This document shows, piece after piece, positions 1 to 8,113 of a stretch of DNA of 50,702 nucleotides. The DNA lies in NCBI GenBank assembly GCA_031367385.1, contig JANLPS010000253.1, forward strand, positions 1-50,702, written 5' to 3'. Position 1 is the first letter of the stretch; each line of letters starts with the position of its first letter. The notes under the pieces are model-generated. The model was given only the letters and a program-made list of their open reading frames with translations, was not told the origin of the DNA and made no database searches. The stretch comes from Archangium sp. (GTDB lineage Bacteria > Myxococcota > Myxococcia > Myxococcales > Myxococcaceae). The position numbers and the translations under genes were made by a program.

Positions 1-1
1 C

Positions 2-1615
2 AAGGCCGAGGCGCTGGCCGACTTCGATCAGCTCGCCACATCGTTCAAGGGTCTGTACGGCGCGATGGAGCGCAAAGAAACCCGCTACGGCTTCAAGTTC
101 GACGCCCTCGCGGCCAGCTACCGAACCAAGGTTGGCAACGCCACCTCCGAGGCCGCGGTGATGGGCTTGTTTCAGGAGTTCATCTCGAACTTTCGCGATG
201 CCCACGTCTCGCTCGCAGCGCCGTTCGCCTCAGATGTGACTCGATCATTCTCGATACCGCTGCTGGTGATGCCCGTCGAGCAGACATTCGTGGTGTACGC
301 CGTCGGTAAATCGGTCTCAGCCCAGGTGCAGAAGGGCGAGGAGCTTCTGAGCATCGACGGCGCTTCGGTGGCTTCGTTGATGACCAAGTTCGCCAAGTAC
401 GTCGGCACGCCCAACCCGCTCTCGTCTGGGCACATGACCGCCGAGCTGGTCACCTTTCGGCCGAGCTACTTGTCGGCTGGGCTCAAAGACAAGGCGCCGG
501 TGGTGCTCCAGCTCCGCCGTGCAGATGGCACGGTTCACAAAGAGACGCTCGCCTGGGCCCAGGGGCCTCAGTTCATTCCTCCTGCGAGCGTGGCCGTGGT
601 GCCGTCGCTGGGCAAATCAGACAAGAAGAACCTGACTGCGATGTCGACGCGGGCCGAGCGCACCGTCAATGGCGAGCTCACCCAATTCGGAGCGCGGGTG
701 CCGTTCTTCATGACTCCTGCGGTGAAGACCGCGCTGAAGATCACCGCCGAAGTCAAGCCGTCACTGGCGGCGCTGCAGAAGGTCAAGCTGACCCAAGCCG
801 ATGCCGACGCGGTCAACTACTTCGCCGTCACCTACGCGTTCAGCGGCAAGAAGTACCTGTTGGTTCGCCTGCCCGACTACCAGCCGAGCGACGCGAACAA
901 GGCGCTTGCGTACTTGACCGCCCTCTTCAGCGAGCAGCAAGACAACGTCGACGCATTGATTCTCGACCAGACCCACAACCCTGGCGGCAGCATCGGTTTC
1001 GCCGCCGGAGTCGTCTCGCTGCTCACGAAAAAGACCATCAATGGGTACGTGCAGCGCATGCACGGAGATCGTCAGTGGATTGGCTCTTACGAGCGCGCCG
1101 CTCGGTCAGTGCGTGCGAACGACCCGAACGACCCGTCGGCTGCCACCTTCGATGCGCGCGCGCGGCTCGTCGACGAAGCGTACAGCAGCAACAAGTCGCT
1201 CTCTGATTTCATACCCTTCTTCTTCGACAACCAGCTGATCGAAGCCGACCCCGCGCACTGGACCAAGCCGGTGATGGTGTTGGCCGATGAGCTCTCGGTG
1301 TCGTGCGCTGACTTTGTGCCATTGCTGGTTCAAGCCAATAGCGTGGGCACGCTCTTCGGCCAACGAACGATGGGCGGCGGGGGCAACGTCGAAGAGGTCG
1401 CCGTGCTCACCAATACCCAGGCGAGCCTGTCGATCTCACGTGGCTTGGGCTCGGTGTACGACCCGACTGGCGCGTACCCCGAAGCGCGCATCATCGAAGA
1501 CAACGGCGTCACCCCCGACGTGACCTACTCGCACACCCTGGCTGACTACCGTGCGGGGTATGTGGGTTACGTGCAGGCCTTCAACAGCGAGATGTTCAAG
1601 CACGTCGGGCCCTGA
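2..1615 (+). CDS. S41-family secreted serine protease, CPAF-like (5'-truncated by window edge)
   Basis: Frame is open from position 2 (KAEALADFDQLATSFKGLYGAMERK...). Motifs DAHV (His), PDZ-like region, LILDQTHNPGG, SVSCADF (Ser), GQRTMGGGG and IEDNGVTPD are typical of S41/CPAF-type proteases. Confidence 0.85.
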   Translation, partial: KAEALADFDQLATSFKGLYGAMERKETRYGFKFDALAASYRTKVGNATSEAAVMGLFQEFISNFRDAHVSLAAPFASDVTRSFSIPLLVMPVEQTFVVYAVGKSVSAQVQKGEELLSIDGASVASLMTKFAKYVGTPNPLSSGHMTAELVTFRPSYLSAGLKDKAPVVLQLRRADGTVHKETLAWAQGPQFIPPASVAVVPSLGKSDKKNLTAMSTRAERTVNGELTQFGARVPFFMTPAVKTALKITAEVKPSLAALQKVKLTQADADAVNYFAVTYAFSGKKYLLVRLPDYQPSDANKALAYLTALFSEQQDNVDALILDQTHNPGGSIGFAAGVVSLLTKKTINGYVQRMHGDRQWIGSYERAARSVRANDPNDPSAATFDARARLVDEAYSSNKSLSDFIPFFFDNQLIEADPAHWTKPVMVLADELSVSCADFVPLLVQANSVGTLFGQRTMGGGGNVEEVAVLTNTQASLSISRGLGSVYDPTGAYPEARIIEDNGVTPDVTYSHTLADYRAGYVGYVQAFNSEMFKHVGP

Positions 1616-1681
1616 AAAAGCCTCACCCGAAGAGGCCGTTGCTCAGAAAGTCGCGCGCGCGGGCTGCCATGGCAGACTCAC

Positions 1682-2140
1682 GTGATGCGCTCTCGGGCTG
1701 GGTGTCTTCAGGTGTGTGCGCTGGTGCTCGTGGGCTGCGCCGGTGGGCGGGCCGGGGTACGGCCCGATGTCTCTACGCTGGTGACGCTCGAGGCAGACTC
1801 CATCAAGGTCCGCGAGTCGATTTCTTTTGCCCATGGGCAAGCCGAGCTCGACGTCGCTTCGCTCGACCTGCTCGACGCGGTCGCGCAGATCATGAAGACC
1901 ACCGACGGGGTCAAACTGCTGACCATCGAGGGGCACACCGACAACACCGGCGAACCCGACTTGAACCTGCCCCTGTCAGAATCGCGTGCCGGAGCGGTGA
2001 AGCGGTACCTCGAGAGCAAGGGCGTAGCCTCCGCCCGCCTGGCCTCGAAGGGGTTCGGCGCCTCGCAGCCCGTCGACACCAACGACACTGAAGAGGGCCG
2101 CGCCCGCAACCGGCGCGTGGTCTTCAAAGTCACGCGGTAA
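1682..2140 (+). CDS. OmpA-family peptidoglycan-binding lipoprotein
   Basis: Lipobox LVGC; OmpA C-terminal motifs IEGHTD, NLPLSESRAGAV, GFGASQP, RARNRRV. Confidence 0.9.
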   Translation: MMRSRAGCLQVCALVLVGCAGGRAGVRPDVSTLVTLEADSIKVRESISFAHGQAELDVASLDLLDAVAQIMKTTDGVKLLTIEGHTDNTGEPDLNLPLSESRAGAVKRYLESKGVASARLASKGFGASQPVDTNDTEEGRARNRRVVFKVTR

Positions 2141-2174
2141 GGGGGAGCCACGTCGTTGCCGAAGGTATGCTGGG

Positions 2175-2894
2175 CTACCCAGAGCTCGCAGTGAACGACT
2201 CTCGCCGCGCCCTTGCCACCGTGAGAATCGACACCTGCACCGCACCGGCAGCCTTGAGCACCCTCGCCGCCTCGCGCGCCGTCGAACCGGTCGTCAGCAC
2301 GTCATCGATCAGCACCACCGAGTGCCCGTTCACCTTCGCGCTCGCCGCGAAAGCCCCGCGCACGTTCTTGTCTCGCTCGGCCTCGGTCAACCCGACCTGC
2401 CGCACCGTGGCGCGCTCGCGGGTCAAGTAGCGATCAGTGAACGGCCGCTTCAGCACCTTCGCAAGCTCAACCGCCAGCAGGGTCGCCTGGTCATACCCAC
2501 GCTCGCGGTACCGCCCCTCGTGCAGCGGCAACGGGCAAATCGACCCCGGCGACTTCGCCAACGCCGCGAACGCGCTCGAGGCCAGCAGGTTGCCCAGCGC
2601 CCTCGACAGCTCGGAGTGCCCCGAATACTTGAAGCGGTGAATCGCGGTCGCCACCGCCCCCTCGTGCTCGAACGGCGCGTATGCCCGGTCGAAGATCGGC
2701 TTCTGCGCGGTACACCGAGGGCACAATCGGTCATCGAAGTCGCCCGGCTCGGCGCAACGCTCGCAGTGCTGCGACGGCGTTCTCGTCACCGAGGGCGCGC
2801 AGTTCACGCAAAAATACCCGGGCCGCGGGAGCACCTCGTCACACGCCACACACGTCGGTGGAAAAAAGATGTCGAGCAGGCTGTCGGCGCTCAC
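2175..2894 (-). CDS. comF: ComF-family protein (double zinc ribbon + phosphoribosyltransferase)
   Basis: Four CxxC motifs (CVAC, CVNC, CERC, CPRC), RGYDQA, PRPP-binding loop VLIDDVLTTGST. GTG start overlaps the upstream stop. Confidence 0.92.
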   Translation of the reverse strand: MSADSLLDIFFPPTCVACDEVLPRPGYFCVNCAPSVTRTPSQHCERCAEPGDFDDRLCPRCTAQKPIFDRAYAPFEHEGAVATAIHRFKYSGHSELSRALGNLLASSAFAALAKSPGSICPLPLHEGRYRERGYDQATLLAVELAKVLKRPFTDRYLTRERATVRQVGLTEAERDKNVRGAFAASAKVNGHSVVLIDDVLTTGSTAREAARVLKAAGAVQVSILTVARARRESFTASSG

Positions 2895-3400
2895 GGCTCG
2901 GCCTCGGAGGGGTCAATCACTTCGACGAAGCTCGTCACCTGGTCTGCGTGCTTGGCGACGAATTGATCGAGCCCCGCCTTTTCTTCAGCGCTCTTCGCCC
3001 ACCCCCACAGCTCGACCCTCCCGTTTCGCACGCACGCGGTCTGGCTCTTCGAAAGCTTCGCCTCGACCTGCACCTTCTGCCGCAGCTTGACGAGCGCCGC
3101 CGGCCGGGCGGCGGAGTCCTCCGCGCAAGCCATCACGTAGACGCGGTGCCCATCGGCTCTCCACGCGAACGCGGTTCTCACGCCCGAGCAGGCGGCCTGC
3201 ATCCAGAACGTCTCCGCCTGGTCCAAGTCCATGCCTTCTTCGACGCAGGTGCTCGAGGTCGCGGTCACCTTCTCGAGCGTCGGTACCCGAAACCCTTTTC
3301 GCTGCCCCGGCTCGAGCGTGACCGCCCGGTATTCGACGTTGACCAACGTCTCGGTCGCCCCGCTCAGCAAGACCAATAGCGCTGCAGCCAACCGGGTCAC
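2891..3400 (-). CDS. Secreted protein with pilus-formation N-terminal-like (CpaC/RcpA N-term) and BON-like segments, no secretin domain
   Basis: GTG at 3400 overlaps the TGA of the upstream gene (GTGA). Signal-like VTRLAAALLVLLSGA. VTLEPGQ...SGVRTAFAWRADG resembles the pil_N pattern; GRVELWG resembles BON. Confidence 0.55.
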   Translation of the reverse strand: MTRLAAALLVLLSGATETLVNVEYRAVTLEPGQRKGFRVPTLEKVTATSSTCVEEGMDLDQAETFWMQAACSGVRTAFAWRADGHRVYVMACAEDSAARPAALVKLRQKVQVEAKLSKSQTACVRNGRVELWGWAKSAEEKAGLDQFVAKHADQVTSFVEVIDPSEAEP

Positions 3401-6345
3401 GGGGGCACGCAGCTTCCGCTCCGGCAGGTCAGGGTGCTCGCGCAGACCTTGCCGCAGCCGCCGCAGTTCATGCGGTCGAACTGGGTGTCGACGCACAGCC
3501 CATTGCACTGGGTCAGGCCGGTCTGGCAGGTGCACGACCCCTGCACGCAGCCGATGGTGAGCGGGCTGCCCATGCAGACATTGCCGCACATGCCGCAGTT
3601 GTTTCGGTTGGTCTGCAAGTCGACGCAGGTGCCGTTGCAGCTGGTCTGGCCCACCGGGCACTGGCACTTACCGGCGACGCAGCCTTGGTTGAACGGGCAC
3701 TGGTTACCGCACATGCCGCAGTTGTTTCGGTCTGACTGCAGGTCGCGGCAGACGCCGCCGCTGCACACCGCGTGGCCACCGCTGCAGTAGCAGATGCCGC
3801 CGACGCACTGCTCACCTTGCGCGCAGTCGTTGTCGCACTTGCCGCAGTTCGCGGTGTCGATTTGCAGGTCGAAGCAGGCCTGGCTGCAGACGTTTTGACC
3901 CGCGGGGCAGGCGGGAGCGCACGTGCCGCTGCTGCACACCTGGCTCGAGGTGCACGCGTTGCCGCAGCCGCCGCAGTTCTTCGCGTCGGTGTCGACGTTC
4001 ACGCAGGTGTTGTTGCACGAGGTGCTGCCCGGGCCGCAGCGGCAGGCGCCCTGAATGCAGCCGGTCGAGCCCGGGCCGCACGCGTTGCCGCAGGCACCGC
4101 AGTTGTTCGGGTCGAGCGCGGTCAGGGTGCAGGTGCCGTTGCAGTTGGTGAGAAACGGCGCGCACATCGTCGTGCAGTTGCCGATTTGGCAGGCCTCATT
4201 GGCCCCGCAGGCCTTGCCGCAGCCGCCGCAGTTGTTGGGGTCGGTCTGGGTATTGGCGCAGCTGCCATTGCACACCTGCTCACCGCGCCCGGGGCACTGG
4301 CATGCGCCGTTGTTGCAGCGGCCGTTGCCGCAGTCGATGCCGCAGCCTCCGCAGTTACCGGGGCTGGTCAAAGGGTTGGTGCAGACGCCGTTGCAGGTGA
4401 TGTACCCCGTCGGGCAGCCCACCACGCACTTGCCGCTGACGCAGTTCTTGCCCGAGCCGCAGACCGTGCCGCAGCCGCCGCAGTTGAGCGGGTCGGCGTC
4501 GGTCGCGATGCACTTGCCATTGCACAACGAGCTGCCAGGCGCGCACCCGCAGACGCCGCTGGTGCAGGTCTGACCGCCGGTGCACGCATTGCCGCACTTG
4601 CCGCAGTTGTTCACATCGGAGTCGGTCGCCGCGCACGCGCCGTTGCACACCGCTTGACCCGCCGGGCAGGCACAGGTGCCCGCCTGGCACGATTGGCCGG
4701 TCGCGCACACGGTGCCGCACTTGCCGCAGTTCGCCGCGTCTGAATCGGTCGCCACACACTGGCCCTTGCAAAGGCTGGTGCCCGCGGGGCACGCGCAGGT
4801 GCTGTTGCTGCAGGTCATGCCGTTGGTGCACTGGTTGCCGCAGCGGCCGCAGTTGCTCGAGTCGGTCGACAGCGCGACGCACTGGCCGTTGCACAGGCTC
4901 GTGCCCGAGGGGCAGACGCACTTCTTCGCCGAGCAGACTTGGCCGCCGCCGCAGGCGATGCCGCACCCGCCGCAATTCTGCACGTCGTTGATCGGGTTGG
5001 TGCAGGCGCCGTTGCAGGAGATCTCGTCTGACGCGCAGCTGGTGCTGCACATGCCCATCAGGCAGCGCTCCGAAGCCGAGCAGACCTTGCCGCAGCCGCC
5101 GCAGTTGTTGCGATCGGTGGTGACGTCGGCGCAGCTGTTGCCGCACTGCTGGGTGCCACCGGGGCAGCTGGTGGAGCACGCGCCTTTGCCGCACACCAGG
5201 GGCGCGAGGCAGATCTTGCCGCAGGCGCCGCAGTTGTCAGGGTCGCTGGCCGTGTCGGTGCACGCGCCATTGCAGCTGCTCTGAGGCGTGGGGCACGCAC
5301 AGCCACCGCTCTGACAGGTCTGCTTCGCGTCGCAGGCCAGGCCACACTTGCCGCAGTTGGCCGGGTCGACCTGCTCGTTGACGCAGCGGCCGTTGCAGAT
5401 CTGAAGAGGGGGGTTGCAGTCTTTGCTGCAGCTGCCCGCGCTGCAGAACGCTCCCGCGCCGCACGAGACGCCGCAGCCACCGCAATTGGTCGCATCGGTC
5501 AGGGTGTCGACGCACGCGCCGTTGCAGTTGCGAAGGCCAATCGGGCACGCCGGGGTGCAGCTGCCATTGAAGCAGCTCCCGCCCGGGCCGCACGAGATGC
5601 CGCAGCCGCCGCAGTTGGTGCCGTCGCTCTTGGGGTCGATGCAGTGCCCTTCACAGGTGATCTGCCCCGGGCCACAGATCGACACGCATTGGCTGGCTTT
5701 GCACACCGCGGTGGGGCCGCAGGCGACCCCGCAGCCTCCGCAGTTGAAGGCGTCGCTGGCCTCGTCGACACAGCCGCCGTTGCAGTTGACCAGGCCTAAG
5801 TCACACGCGCCCACACAGGTGCCTGCCTGGCACGCATTGCCCGCAGGGCACACCTTGTCGCACCCGCCGCAGTTCTTCGGGTCGGCGCGGGTGTTGGCGC
5901 ACCCTCCGCTGCAGCTGGTCAGCGGCGCGAGGCAGGCGCAGGCCGACCCCTGGCAGACGGTCAGTGCCGAACAGGCGAAGTCGCAGCGGCCGCAGTTGCC
6001 GTGATCACCCTGCAAGTCGACACACGTGCCGTTGCAGTTGGTCTGGCCAACCGGGCACCCCGCGCCGCACTGGCCGGCTTTGCACAGGCCGTTGTTGGGG
6101 CACACCGTGCCGCAGCCACCGCAATTGCTCGAGCTCGAGGTGAGGTCGACGCAGGCGCCGCTGCACTTGGTTTGCCCTGCTGAACAGAGGCCGCCGGTGG
6201 TGTCGGGTACGCAGCGGTTGGTGACGCAGGCGTAGCCCTGTGGGCAGACCGCGTCGCCGGGGCTGCCGCAGAAGTACACGGTCGTTCGAGAACAACCGGC
6301 CATCGCGAACGCGAGGCTGAGCACTACAAGAATTCGTGACGGCAT
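3397..6345 (-). CDS. Giant cysteine-rich repeat lipoprotein (Stig1/MXAN_6577-like repeats), ~982 aa
   Basis: Start re-called at ATG 6345 (MPSRILVVLSLAFAMAGC, lipobox). Counted 22 NCGxC-containing repeats of ~42-44 aa. Confidence 0.9.
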   Translation of the reverse strand: MPSRILVVLSLAFAMAGCSRTTVYFCGSPGDAVCPQGYACVTNRCVPDTTGGLCSAGQTKCSGACVDLTSSSSNCGGCGTVCPNNGLCKAGQCGAGCPVGQTNCNGTCVDLQGDHGNCGRCDFACSALTVCQGSACACLAPLTSCSGGCANTRADPKNCGGCDKVCPAGNACQAGTCVGACDLGLVNCNGGCVDEASDAFNCGGCGVACGPTAVCKASQCVSICGPGQITCEGHCIDPKSDGTNCGGCGISCGPGGSCFNGSCTPACPIGLRNCNGACVDTLTDATNCGGCGVSCGAGAFCSAGSCSKDCNPPLQICNGRCVNEQVDPANCGKCGLACDAKQTCQSGGCACPTPQSSCNGACTDTASDPDNCGACGKICLAPLVCGKGACSTSCPGGTQQCGNSCADVTTDRNNCGGCGKVCSASERCLMGMCSTSCASDEISCNGACTNPINDVQNCGGCGIACGGGQVCSAKKCVCPSGTSLCNGQCVALSTDSSNCGRCGNQCTNGMTCSNSTCACPAGTSLCKGQCVATDSDAANCGKCGTVCATGQSCQAGTCACPAGQAVCNGACAATDSDVNNCGKCGNACTGGQTCTSGVCGCAPGSSLCNGKCIATDADPLNCGGCGTVCGSGKNCVSGKCVVGCPTGYITCNGVCTNPLTSPGNCGGCGIDCGNGRCNNGACQCPGRGEQVCNGSCANTQTDPNNCGGCGKACGANEACQIGNCTTMCAPFLTNCNGTCTLTALDPNNCGACGNACGPGSTGCIQGACRCGPGSTSCNNTCVNVDTDAKNCGGCGNACTSSQVCSSGTCAPACPAGQNVCSQACFDLQIDTANCGKCDNDCAQGEQCVGGICYCSGGHAVCSGGVCRDLQSDRNNCGMCGNQCPFNQGCVAGKCQCPVGQTSCNGTCVDLQTNRNNCGMCGNVCMGSPLTIGCVQGSCTCQTGLTQCNGLCVDTQFDRMNCGGCGKVCASTLTCRSGSCVPP
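3400..6190 (-). repeat. Intragenic degenerate tandem repeat, 22 units of ~130 nt (C-x3-C-x-D-x3-D-x2-NCGxCG-x2-C)
   Basis: Recurrent gcagccgccgcagtt on the + strand; units are diverged at DNA level but conserved in Cys spacing. Confidence 0.85.
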
Positions 6346-6535
6346 GGGCGAATGTGTCCAGTGGGCTTGAGCGACGCGGCCGGGAGCACAGTGTACGGCT
6401 TCCTGCGCCGCTTTCGACATTCGAGGCGTGCGAATTCGGTCTTTCCTTTCGCGAAAGGAAGAGTGCGGAGTACAACCACACTCCGTGGCCCGACCGATTC
6501 GAGAAGACGTCGATGGAGTTTCTCGCCGATCGCCC

Positions 6536-7816
6536 GTGGCTCGAGTGGTTCGGAGCGCCGATGAGCGCCGCGCGCAGATCTCCCTCCATCTGCGCATTTT
6601 CTTTGGCTACATCGCCGTCTCGGCCGCCGTCATCGGGGTCTTCATGGCCGGTACCGCCTGGCCCGATTCGCTCAAGATTCTGGTCTCGAGCATCGTGACC
6701 GCGGTGCTGGCGCTGGTGCTGCCGTACCTGCTGCTTCGCGTCTCGCGCGTGAAGGTCTTGTCGCAGACCGCGCTCGAGATTTCGCGCGGAGACCTCTCAC
6801 GACGCGTTCAGCTCGAGACGCCGGTGCTCCGAGACGACATCGACGAGCTGGCGGTGGCGATCGCCGACATGCAAGACAATCTGCGCGAGCTGGTCAGCTC
6901 GATTCAGCGCACCGCCGAGTCGGTGTCTGACTCAGCCTCCGCGTTGGAAGACAGCGCTCAAGGTGTCAACGCCCAGGCCACCGAGGTCGGTGGGTCGATG
7001 AAGCGCATCGCGGCCGGCGCCGAGAGCCAGAGCGCGCTGGTGACGAGGGCCTCGCGAGCGATCACCGACATGGCCCATGCGCTCCAGCGCACCGCGACCA
7101 GCGCCGAAGACACGACCAAGGCGGCGGCCAGCACCTCGTCGGCCGCGGTCGAGGGCTCTGAAGCCGCCCGGTTGGCCGGCGAAAAGGTGCGCAAGGTGTT
7201 CAGCCGCATCGAGACCGCGAGCCAAGAGGTCTTCAAGTTCGGCGAAAAGACTCAAGAAATCTCGAAGATCGTCGACGTGATTACCCAGGTCGCGCAGCAG
7301 ACGAACCTGCTCGCGCTCAACGCCACCATCGAAGCGGCGCGGGCTGGCGAATACGGCCGGGGGTTCGCGGTGGTCGCCGATGAGGTGCGCAAGCTGGCTG
7401 AGAGCGCCGGGCGCAGCGCCGAGCAGATCTCACGGCTGGCGCGCGACATCAGCCAGCAGTCGTCGTCGGTCGTCTCGGCGATGAAAGAGGGCATCGAAGA
7501 GCTCTCAGAGGGCCGCGAAGATCTGAGCACCATCGTTCGCTCGATGGGCAGCATTTCTGACAGCGCGCGCAACGGGGCCGAGAAGGTGGCGCTGATCTTC
7601 GAATACGCCCGCGAGCAGCAGAAGGGCTCTGAGTCGATGGTCGCCGCGATCACCGAGATCTCGTCGGTGGCGCGAAACAACGCCGCCAGCACCGAGGGCG
7701 TGACCAAGGTCATCGAAGAGCAGACCCGCGCCGTGTCGAACATGACCGCCGCCGCCCAGGAGCTCTCGAACATCTCCGAAGAGCTGCAGACGATTGTCAG
7801 GCGCTTCAGGCTCTGA
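6536..7816 (+). CDS. difA: Methyl-accepting chemotaxis protein, DifA-like (2 TM, no periplasmic sensor, HAMP, signalling domain)
   Basis: Two adjacent TM helices, HAMP (GDLS...RDDIDEL), MCP core [35 protein letters not shown]. Architecture and sequence match my recollection of Myxococcus DifA. MCP call is secure; difA orthology is less so. Start uncertain (GTG 6536 or 6545). Confidence 0.75.
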   Translation: MARVVRSADERRAQISLHLRIFFGYIAVSAAVIGVFMAGTAWPDSLKILVSSIVTAVLALVLPYLLLRVSRVKVLSQTALEISRGDLSRRVQLETPVLRDDIDELAVAIADMQDNLRELVSSIQRTAESVSDSASALEDSAQGVNAQATEVGGSMKRIAAGAESQSALVTRASRAITDMAHALQRTATSAEDTTKAAASTSSAAVEGSEAARLAGEKVRKVFSRIETASQEVFKFGEKTQEISKIVDVITQVAQQTNLLALNATIEAARAGEYGRGFAVVADEVRKLAESAGRSAEQISRLARDISQQSSSVVSAMKEGIEELSEGREDLSTIVRSMGSISDSARNGAEKVALIFEYAREQQKGSESMVAAITEISSVARNNAASTEGVTKVIEEQTRAVSNMTAAAQELSNISEELQTIVRRFRL

Positions 7817-7868
7817 TGAGCCGCTGCCTGAACGGTTTGTGCGCCTACCTGGTCGTACATGCACCTGC

Positions 7869-7896
7869 TTGCGCTTGGCCGCGGCCGCGACAGAAT
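7869..7896 (+). promoter_or_regulatory. Putative sigma70-type promoter for the intergenic RNA
   Basis: TTGCGC (7869-7874), 16 nt spacer, CAGAAT (7891-7896), just upstream of the structured region. Confidence 0.4.
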
Positions 7897-7900
7897 ACGC

Positions 7901-8068
7901 GCAGCCCTTCGGGGTGACGAAAGGAGGTGGTGCCTTGCATAGATACATACAAGGAACCATCTCCGTGGCGACACTCTGAGCTGATGTCCTTGGCTCAGGG
8001 CCTCCACGGAGTGGCCCTAAAAAGTTCGTAGTGAGGCCGCCTCCAATGAACCGGAGGCGGTTTTTTTT
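7901..8068 (+). ncRNA. Structured small RNA, Pxr-like
   Basis: Five hairpins: ccc-TTCG-ggg; 7923-7937/7950-7964; 7976-7981/7993-7998; 7998-8002/8013-8017; terminator. Contains GGAGGTGGTG and AGTTCGTAGTGA-terminator, which match Pxr as I recall it. Family assignment is unverified. Confidence 0.6.
8037..8068 (+). terminator. Rho-independent terminator
   Basis: Perfect 8 bp stem CCGCCTCC/GGAGGCGG followed by T8. Confidence 0.9.
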
Positions 8069-8113
8069 CGTGGCGCGCCGCAGTCGCGCGGCTTTTGGTG
8101 AGCCTCCGCAACA

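Noticed and set aside
1616..1640. Hairpin GCCTC/GAGGC after the protease gene
   Set aside because: Only 5 bp and no convincing U tract on the + strand; too weak to call a terminator.
3400..6190. Possible CRISPR or non-coding repeat array
   Set aside because: Repeats are degenerate, in frame and protein-coding; no identical direct repeats with unique spacers and no cas genes.
3434..6235. + strand Pro/Gln/His-rich repetitive ORFs (PQPPQL...)
   Set aside because: Reverse-complement reading of the Cys/Gly/Asn codons of the repeat lipoprotein.
6346..6597. N-terminal extension of the Cys-rich ORF in the ORF track
   Set aside because: Overlaps the divergent MCP gene; the lipoprotein signal begins at ATG 6345.
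7920..7940. Similarity to the reverse complement of the 16S rRNA 3' end, or a tmRNA tag frame
   Set aside because: Match is limited to the SD decamer; no rRNA sequence follows and no tRNA-like tmRNA ends are visible.
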